From Octopus sinensis (lineage: Eukaryota), in NCBI RefSeq assembly GCF_006345805.1, contig NC_043021.1, forward strand, positions 25,296,001-25,360,000: 64,000 nt of DNA, in the 5' to 3' direction. Position numbers and translations under genes: made by a program. This document shows positions 55,321 to 64,000 of this stretch, piece after piece (positions within the stretch are counted from its first letter, which is position 1; the number at the start of each line of letters is the position of its first letter). The notes under the pieces were generated by a model that saw only the letters and a program-made list of their open reading frames with translations, was not told the origin of the DNA and did not search any database.

Positions 55321-55597
55321 GATGTTTATTGGATACAGGACACACGGACATACATTCACTGATATGTTTGTGGATGTATATACTCTTTTACTTGTTTCAG
55401 TCATTTGACTGCGGCCATGCTGGAGCACCGCCTTTAGTCAAGCAAATCGACCCCAGGACTTATTCTTTGTAAGCCCAGTACTTATTCTATTGGTCTCTTT
55501 TGCCAAACCGCTAAGTGACGGGGACATAAACACACCAGCATCGGTTGTCAAGCAATGCTAGGGGGACAGACACACACACACACACACACATACATAC

Positions 55598-55638
<41 letters not shown>

Positions 55639-55643
<5 letters not shown>

Positions 55644-56944
55644 TAATTCGAGACAAAACTACTATTTTGCAAATCAAACAAGGAAAGACTTAATCAATAC
55701 ATAAAAAATTTTAATATAAAGTAAATAAATCGCCACTACAATTGTTTCATGTCTTCAAATGACATTCGTCAGGTGGATTTCCGATCTAAAAAATCAATAT
55801 TTTAAAATATAAAATGAAAATAATATAAATTTATCAATGAAAGAATATAAATATATATAATCTATATATAATCTATATATAATCAACATATAATCTAAAA
55901 TAAACCCTATAAACAATTGAATATAAAGAAACCTATTATTAAAGTTCTCATATTTAAAGATGTACAAAAAACAAAAATAAAAATAAACTATATATACACA
56001 CATGCTCATACACATATATCTAAGTATAAATAACCATATCTAAATACATACACTAACTCACACACCTATATATATAACTCTATACATACACATAAAAACA
56101 TCTAGGCAACGATAAATTAATAAAATAGCCAAATACTACAACACATTACTTATTCATACTCCCTCACACACACATACAACCCACATTCATAAACAATATA
56201 CATATACCCGCTCACACATACATATACATACGTACAGAACTCGATATATACACCAATATATTCACACCCACACCCATACAGATAAATAAATTACACAAAC
56301 ACACACACACACACACACACATTCACACATACATAAACACTCAAAAGAAAAACAAAAATTTCTTTGCGCGTGGAAAGCGAATGTTATTTAAAAATTATGA
56401 ATGGAATAGAATGGAATAATATTTTAATCAACGTAAATAGACAGAATTTACTCCAAAAATCATTAATAAACCAACCATGATAAATGAAACCCTTATATAC
56501 ATATAATGATAAAACTCCCTTTACCATACACAATAATACCTATATAGCAATCCCCATAAACCTATACATTCACACACAAATACACACACGTAAAACACAC
56601 ACCCACAACATATACATATACCCACTCACACATACATATACATACGTACAAAACTCGATATATACAACAATATATTCACACCCATACAGATAAATAAATT
56701 ACGCAAACAAATACACACACACATTCACACATACATAAACACTCAAAAGAAAAACAACATTTCTACACATAATACGATATATAGAACACTCCATAAGTAA
56801 CCAGAGTAACATAAGTAACAATATTAACATATAGAACCGCTATTTTGGGATTCATCTTTGAAAGATATTCCTATACCTTAATGTATTGATTAAGTCTTTC
56901 CTTGTTTGATTTGCAAAATAGTGGTTTTGTCTCGAATTAATATT
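55639..56944 (-). mobile_element. Non-autonomous Penelope-like (PLE-type) element with 64-bp inverted ends and a hammerhead ribozyme
   Basis: 55639-55702 and 56881-56944 are inverted repeats (63/64); a hammerhead lies 30 nt inside the left end; AT-rich interior with direct repeats; no RT or GIY-YIG ORF. The PLE assignment rests on the ribozyme type and structure only. Confidence 0.65.
55733..55776 (-). ncRNA. Minimal type I hammerhead ribozyme
   Basis: - strand CCAC-CUGACGA-AUGUC(AUUUGAA)GACAU-GAAA-CAAUUG-UA/GUGG: complete core, 5-bp stem II, 4-bp stem I, palindromic stem III ACAAUUGU, GUA cleavage triplet. Confidence 0.85.
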
Positions 56945-57033
56945 ATATAATATTTGACTATAAAATTGGATTTAATCCTAAATCTGATTTTTTTCCCTGT
57001 AAATTTGGATTTATTCCCTAATATTTATTATTA

Positions 57034-57070
<37 letters not shown>

Positions 57071-57959
57071 CATATATACGACAGGCTTCTTTCAGTTTCC
57101 ATCTACCAAATCCACTCACAAGGCATTAGTCGGCCCGGGGCTATAGCAGAAGACACTTGCCCAAGATGCCACGCAGTGGGACTGAACCCGGAACCATGTG
57201 GTTGGTTAGCAAGCTACTTACCACACAGCCACTCCTGCGCCTATATTTTTTTCTATTTTAGAAGTATTTTCTATACCAGCAGAAAGGAAAATAAAACCAA
57301 GTCTCTTTTTTTTTTTTCATAAATACAATAGCAATAAATTTTAAAGGGATGGGGAAGATAAAAAATGAAAAAAAGATCAAGAAAAATTTGATAAGGAGGG
57401 AAATAAATATACAATTGTCAGAGGTGAATTCAGATATTTTAGAAACTAAAGCATGAAACTCAACCTGCATATCAGAAGTGTTTTCATCATATACTATTTC
57501 AATGGTGGCTTTTGCCGAGGCTGACTTTGCCTTTCAACCTTTCTGAGTCAATGAAGTGACTACCAGTTAAACGGAGGGGGGGGGGGGGGGCAGTAATTGA
57601 CTCCCCCTCCCTCCCCGAAATGTCAGGCATTGTGTCTACAGAAGAAAGGAATATTTCAATGGTGGGTTTGTACATGTAATGTGTCCTACAACTGCATAAT
57701 TTAATGAGGTCAGAGGTATATTACTGAAAACTGTGCATCTATCACACTGGTGAAGGTGGGGCATACATTCCAGCAATGGCATGCTACTAGTTTTGGTTTG
57801 TTTTTGTTTAGACAACACAATGGACTTGGCAAATATGAATAAATAAATAATTGTAAAAATAAAGTCTCCCTACAAAATATCAAGTTCTAAAAAGTGTCTC
57901 TCTAAACATTTACTTAAAACTAAAATATAGACATATCTTTTGAAAGGTACACTTTTCAC

Positions 57960-58170
57960 AACCACGAGACTTTGTTTGGAGTCTGTCTGATTGTGTAGCG
58001 TCTTGGATTTGAAATTGCCAGGAGAATTTTGGAGTGGGAGTTTCAAAGTCCCTTGTGGGTGATCGGAAAAGAAAAAAAAAGGTCCCTGTGGCAGATCATT
58101 TGCTATAATGTATGGTACCAATTCACCATGGCAACAGAATGATGAAAACTGGTAAAAAGAAAGGCCTGAA
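57960..58170 (+). mobile_element. Possible decayed RTE 3' fragment
   Basis: RLGFEIARRILEWEFQ resembles the RTE 'RI.KR.LEW' region; short and degraded. Confidence 0.4.
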
Positions 58171-59538
58171 ATCTGAAGGAAGGGAACCAGTAATTCTAGT
58201 GTTCCCAATGCTCTCAGCTGGCACCAAGACACCCCACTCAGTACTACTTCCCCTTGTCTGTTGAGGGCTTTTTGCCTTTTTTTTTATATTTTGTCTTGCC
58301 ATGTAAAAAGCACCCGGGACACTTTGTAAAGTGGTTGGTGTTAGGAAGGGCATCCAGCTGTAGAAACCTTGGCAAAACAAAGGAACCTGATGTGGCTCCT
58401 GGTCTTGCCAGCTCCTGTCAAACTGTCCAACCCATACCAGCATGGAAAGCAGACATTAGATGATGATGATGATGATGATGAAATGCACAAGTATTTCATT
58501 GATTCTCCATTTTATCAGACTTAAAAAGATGAATGGCAGGGTTTACTCTGAGAATGGAAAGTGTCGGAAGAAGTATTAAAAGTCTCTGACTTTGTAACAA
58601 TTCTGTCAGAAAATAGAACCACAAAATCAAGCCAAACATCCTGTGATATTGATACAAAAGTTGATTCACCTAATAGATCAGTTTAGCAAAAGTATTTAGG
58701 GCAATGATCTCTGTGGAGCCCATCCCATACTAGTTTGTACTTGTGACACGGTTTCAACTCAGTTCTGTAATCTAATAAACCACTTGTGAATTGCATTGAA
58801 TGCCAGCAAAGCTTGCAGTGGCCGCTGGGTCTTCTTGCTCCAGCTGAGACTGTTGAATATACAGCATGGTTGTAAGATAGAACATGGTACGACTGACATC
58901 AGCTGCAAATCCTTTTAGGAAATGTTTATCTAAAGAAACTTTAGGTGAGGGAATTAAAATTAAGGAAGGAAAGTATGACTGAATGGTTAAGAAGTTTGCT
59001 TTTCAACCCCGTGGGTCTCAGGTTTGGACTATCCAACAGAACATATTGGGTATCAAGAGTCTTCTGTTAAAGTCTCAACCAACCAATCCTTTGTGAAGGA
59101 AATTGGTTGATGGAAACTATGCAGAAGCCTCTGTGTGTGTGTGGGGGGGGCTGTTTGTGTCCCTCTCCCTTCTTTTAACTTAGTGGTTCAGCAAAAGGGA
59201 CCAATAGAAATAAGGATCAGATTTCAAAATTACTGGTGTTGATTTGTTCACCTAAGCCTTTGTGCTCCAGTGTGGTCGCAGTCCCCTGATTGATTCAAGT
59301 AAATGAAAAGATAAAGGGATGAGGAATTTAGTGAAATAAGTGTCATAATTAAAACTGTTGTCTGGAACATAAATTAACGTGAAATTCCAATGGAACATTT
59401 TAATTTTGGTTAATTTAAAACAGGAAATTTATATGACAGAACCAGGGGTGGTCACAGATGAGTCGATATTAAATTAAGGCCCTGATGGTTTCGTTACTGA
59501 TGTAAAATAATTATCCTCCATTTTATTTTGTCTTTCAG

Positions 59539-59714
59539 GCTCAGATAACAAAATCTTCATCTGGAACTGTGGAACTGGGGAACCTTTGGTTGAAATAGAG
59601 CTTCCGGATTTGATTTTATCTGTCAGTTTCAATTACAATGGCAGTCGTGTTGCGGTCACAACAAAAGACAAAATGATTCGTATTCTTGATCCTAGAACTG
59701 GTAGCGAGATAAAG
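59539..59714 (+). CDS. coro: Coronin coding exon 3
   Basis: TTTCAG acceptor; (G)SDNKIFIWNCGTGEPLVEIELPDLILSVSFNYNGSRVAVTTKDKMIRILDPRTGSEIK; donor AAG|GTCAGT; phase matches exon 2. Confidence 0.96.
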
Positions 59715-60313
59715 GTCAGTTCTCTTGAAATCTTTCTGCTTCTTTACCAATCTATGTCTGTTGTTGCCAAAAAGCACGTTGGGCAAATGTCTTTTACTAC
59801 TTTCCTGTTGTCAACTCAAATAATGTTTCCTTACAGCCAGACATGTTTTCATGGAAGATTGGATATAAATGACACCATTTCTATGACACTTTTCATTCAA
59901 TGTCAAGAGGCATAGACATGTGCGCACAGCAGGCTTCTTTCAGTTTCCCTCTACTGAATCCACTCACAAGGCTTTTGTTGACCTATGGATGTAGATGGTT
60001 GCCCATGGTGCCATGCAGTGGGACTGAACCTAAGACCACTTGGTTGGGAAGCAAATTTCTTGACCACACAGCTATACCAGACAAGTAGATGCATAGTCAG
60101 AGAGGAAATTCAAGATGACTATTATATTCCAAAAATGAATTCTTTATCAGAAGAGAAGAATATGAAGCTTTAGCTAGATTATTATAAAACTGGTCTAAAT
60201 TTTGATTAGTTTTGAAATTTGGTAAACAATGAAGCTTGTCTTCTTCCAGATCCGCTGCCACGGCTTTGGCTGTCTCAGAGCTAAAATAGAAGATACAAAA
60301 TTTTGCTGTGTTT

Positions 60314-60531
60314 TTAATCCTTTAGCATTTAAACTGGCCAAATTTGGCTCAAATACTCTAAAATAGTTTTACATTCAAACTGGCCATATCTAGCCTCTCA
60401 CACCTACCCTGCATTGATATTCTAAAAATAAACAATTACATCATCGAAACCTCAAAGCTATTAGATAATGCATAATTAATTCAAGGCAATTTGAATAAAT
60501 AATCATTACATTTGACAAAGTAAAGGCTTAA
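60314..60531. mobile_element. TTAA-flanked MITE-like repeat (piggyBac-type ends)
   Basis: TTAATCCTTTAGCATT ... TAAAGGCTTAA ends; homologous body at ~44440-44615 ending GAATGCTAAATGGTTAA. Confidence 0.5.
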
Positions 60532-60851
60532 TTTCTCTCCACTTTATCCTGAAGAAGGACTCTGTTCCAAAATGTTTAATTCCCTTGTCCCCCCTGTTCC
60601 AAAATGTTGAATTCCCTTGTCCCCCAAGCAAGTTCACTCTACTCTTTTGTCTTGATGTCCTAAACCAACACTAAGCTTGTGGGAGTCTGGGTTTAAAAGT
60701 AGAAAATACTTGCTCAAGATGCACCATAGTAGGACTGTCATTTTGTGTAAGCTGCAGATTAAGTATTTCCATTTGCTATTCTGTGAAAAGAGTGTCTTAC
60801 TAAACAATTGTATTCCATGCTTTATTTGTACTATTTGTTTCTGCTTTTCAG

Positions 60852-60968
60852 AGTGCCAAGGGACACCAAGGTTCCAAACCATCGCAGTGTGTTTTCTTAA
60901 GGAATGGCAAAATCTTTACAACTGGTTTTTCTAGAATGAGTGAGCGACAATATGCCCTTTGGGATGAG
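60852..60968 (+). CDS. coro: Coronin coding exon 4
   Basis: TTTTCAG acceptor; [39 protein letters not shown] (coronin [11 protein letters not shown] motif); donor GAG|GTGAGT. Not shown in this frame in the ORF track. Confidence 0.96.
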
Positions 60969-61357
60969 GTGAGTGAACCAGTGTTGTGATAAAGATGAGT
61001 GATAGACAGAGAATGAACAAACGAAAGAAAGAACTCACCACATTTCATTGAAGTTACTTGTATTTTAGAAGTTTTACTCGGCTCCACATTCAACGAGGTG
61101 GGCATGTCTTGGGCAGCCATGAAACTTGGATGTGAAGCCGAGTCAAATCTGTTATCAAAAACATGTGTAGATAGGTAGGTAGATAGATAGACACAAACAC
61201 ACAAATAGATTTAAGTAAAATACTTCACAGAAACCCTGTTGTTTATCTCTGGCATATTTTTTTTCTGAATCTAAACTGGAGGAAAAAGGAAATTTGTATT
61301 TTTATATATTTTCTTCATTTTTACTTTGATTATTAACGCTTTATCTTCCCTCTCTAA

Positions 61358-61645
<288 letters not shown>

Positions 61646-61659
61646 TAACTTTGTTGTTA

Positions 61660-61780
61660 TTAAGTTGGTGTTTGGAACATAAATTAACATGGAATGTTGA
61701 TGGAAGAAAGTTTTAATTTAGTTTAAACAGGAAGTTTTTATCAGAACCAGGAGTGGTGGTCTCAGGTTGGATTATCTGAC
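61660..61780 (+). repeat. Dispersed repeat (GGTGTTTGGAACATAAATTAAC...AGAACCAGG)
   Basis: Homologous segments at ~59340-59490 (+) and ~5935-6060 (-). Confidence 0.65.
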
Positions 61781-62608
61781 AGGAGCTGACCAATTGAAGG
61801 GCTGTTCAGGCTCCCTGTCTGTTTTGGCATGGTTTCTGTGGCTGGATGCCCTTCCTAACACCAACCACTTTACAGGGTGGATTGGATGCTTTTACATAGC
61901 ATCAGCAGGGATGCCTTTTATGTGGCCCCAGCACCTATGAGCCTGCATGATTAGGCTCAGCTGGAGAGGGTTGCAGGGGATGGACCTGTATACAAGGGCA
62001 ACCATGTTTTTATTTAGCTTAACATGTCTTTCCAAGCATGGCAAACCACCAGGAGCCTCACTCCCCTGTCGCCCTCTCTGAGTCCCAGCATCTGTAGATC
62101 CTTTCTAACCACTTTGTCCTATGTCTTCTTTTGACAAGTCCCTCAATCCTTTTATTCTAGTAGTGAATATTTTCCATAAAGATAAACTATGTTCTCACAA
62201 AGAATAGTGTGTTCTGTTCCGAAACCCTACTCTTAGAAAATGTAAGAAATCCAATGAGGAAGTTAACCAAAAAGATAAAGCTGCTTCAAATTCTATAGTT
62301 TTGTAAGACCAAATTTAAGCCTGGAGAATGACTATGGAGTTGAGAAGGAATCCTTTTATTTTTATATTTTCTTTCAACAGATGGGATTTCTCTATTTTCG
62401 CTGTTAAATATGTTTCACATGCATCTGCCATAGAAAAATATATTTATTGAAGTTTATAGGTTTTAAAATTTCTTCTCTTTATCATATTTGTTCTGTTTGT
62501 TGTCTACCTCTCACTTCTCTCTCCATCTGTCTCCCTCTCCTCCACTCCTTCAACTCTCTCTCCACCCTATCTGTTTCACCCTTATTATCTCTCTCTCTCT
62601 CCCACCAG

Positions 62609-62754
62609 GGTGATTGTAGTATATCCTACTATGAGATAATCGAGGGTTCACCATTTGTATATTACCTGAGTACTTACAAGACATCGGAACCACAGCGAGG
62701 TATTGGCATGATGCCCAAACGTGGTGTCAACGTGAATCAGTGTGAAATTTCAAG
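62609..62754 (+). CDS. coro: Coronin coding exon 6 (gene continues beyond the window)
   Basis: (CT)n CCCACCAG acceptor; [48 protein letters not shown](R); donor AG|GTAAGA, phase 2. No following FYKLH-type exon was found before 64000. Confidence 0.96.
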
Positions 62755-64000
62755 GTAAGAGACCCAACAATATCATGTCGCTGTCACTCACATCTACTTC
62801 AAGCCAACAACAAAGCTTCTAATTGATCTCCTGTGTTGCTGAATCCTCTCAAATTTCATCTTAACTTTTTGAAGTAAAAAATAAAAAAAAGTCACATTGC
62901 ACAATGGAGTCTTACATACTTCTGAAAAGACAGGTTGGTCCTGAGTGGGATGCTTTTGATCAACTCACAACTAGAAAACATGGATCAGACAAAATTCATT
63001 GAAGCAGATTTTCTATAGCTTAATGTTTCCAGGTAATATTTCCTCAAGGCCAGATATATTCTCAGTAAAGAGATTTACTTCATCACATACCCAAATTGTA
63101 ATGATAATTATATTGGCCAAACAGGATTAAAATTAATAGAATGGATTAGGGTACATATGCAACAAATCAATGACTCATCAACTATGGATGATCCACGTAA
63201 TGATCCACATATAGGCATTTATACAACTGGAAAATTGAAAATATTGTCTTTTTTTTCATAAGAAAGGAAAAAAATGATAAACTATGAAAGACAAAAGAAT
63301 GTCATAAGATTTCTAAACCTGAGACTCAACGGGAAATAGTCAATACCAATGTGTGTCTGGAAATATCTCTCAAAAGATTTGTCAGTCTGCATTTTTTAAA
63401 GATTTTTTTTTCTGTAATAGTTTTTGATTTAAGAAACTCTTTCATTAAAGATATATATGTAAATATGTGTGATTGTGAGGGTAGGCGACAAGGAGGGTGT
63501 TGGGCCATAGAAAATCTGCCTCAGTAAACTCTGTATGACTCTTGCAAGTGTAGAAAAGTGTATGTTTAAATGATGATGGTGTGCGTGTTTACATTGATGC
63601 TTCTCTGAAAATTGCCAGCTACGAATAGTAATGTCCTTTCTCCTGTCAACAAATTGAAGATGTGAAATATGAGATCCCTTGCTCAAAAGCAAGAGAAGCG
63701 TTAGTGACAGGAAGGCTGTCCAACTATAAAACAATGCATTCATCTAACCCATGCTGGCACAGGGAAAACATGTAAAAACAAATGTAAACGTTTGATTAAG
63801 CTTGATATTTTCCAGTTTATGAAACAAATTGAGTGAAATTAGCAAATAACTAAAATCTCAAAATCTGATACGAAACAGTGGCTAATCTCCTTTCGTTGCT
63901 GGTTTTATCCATTCCCTTGTTTCATCATTATTCATTTTGCCATCTTCTTTGTTTTCTCCGTTGCATGGCATATTCATTCATTCATTCATTCATAAACTCT

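Larger units (their letters stand above)
55381..57243 (-). mobile_element. SINE family A split by a ~1.4-kb insertion in its central (TA)n
   Basis: 3' half at 55381-55610 and tRNA-like head at ~57060-57243, colinear and in the same orientation. Confidence 0.88.

Noticed and set aside
59715-59915. Read-through of exon 3 ORF (109 aa)
   Set aside because: Coronin similarity ends at the canonical donor at 59715; the remainder is intron.

Overview
AT-rich, microsatellite- and retroposon-dense eukaryotic DNA, most consistent with an octopod cephalopod genome (inferred from the SINE and RTE families, not proven). The window holds the 5' part of one protein-coding gene on the + strand, a type I coronin (WD40 actin regulator). 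Six coding exons (1177-1368, 54447-54699, 59539-59714, 60852-60968, 61397-61501, 62609-62754) join in frame across GT-AG introns to give 329 codons, and the gene continues past the window end. Intron 1 is 53 kb. It is filled with tRNA-derived SINEs, decayed RTE-clade LINE pieces, a hAT/Charlie MITE with an intact 8-bp TSD, a Charlie-like transposase remnant, a ~32-bp pyrimidine minisatellite and a 1.17-kb near-perfect tandem duplication with promoter-like motifs. The most striking non-coding signal is in intron 2: a 1.3-kb ORF-less element with 64-bp inverted ends, inserted in the (TA)n of a SINE. It carries a complete minimal type I hammerhead ribozyme with a palindromic stem III (55733-55776, - strand), the form known from Penelope-like retroelements. 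Almost all ORFs in the supplied track are by-products of simple repeats. Counts and identities were made by eye; no searches or folding were run.
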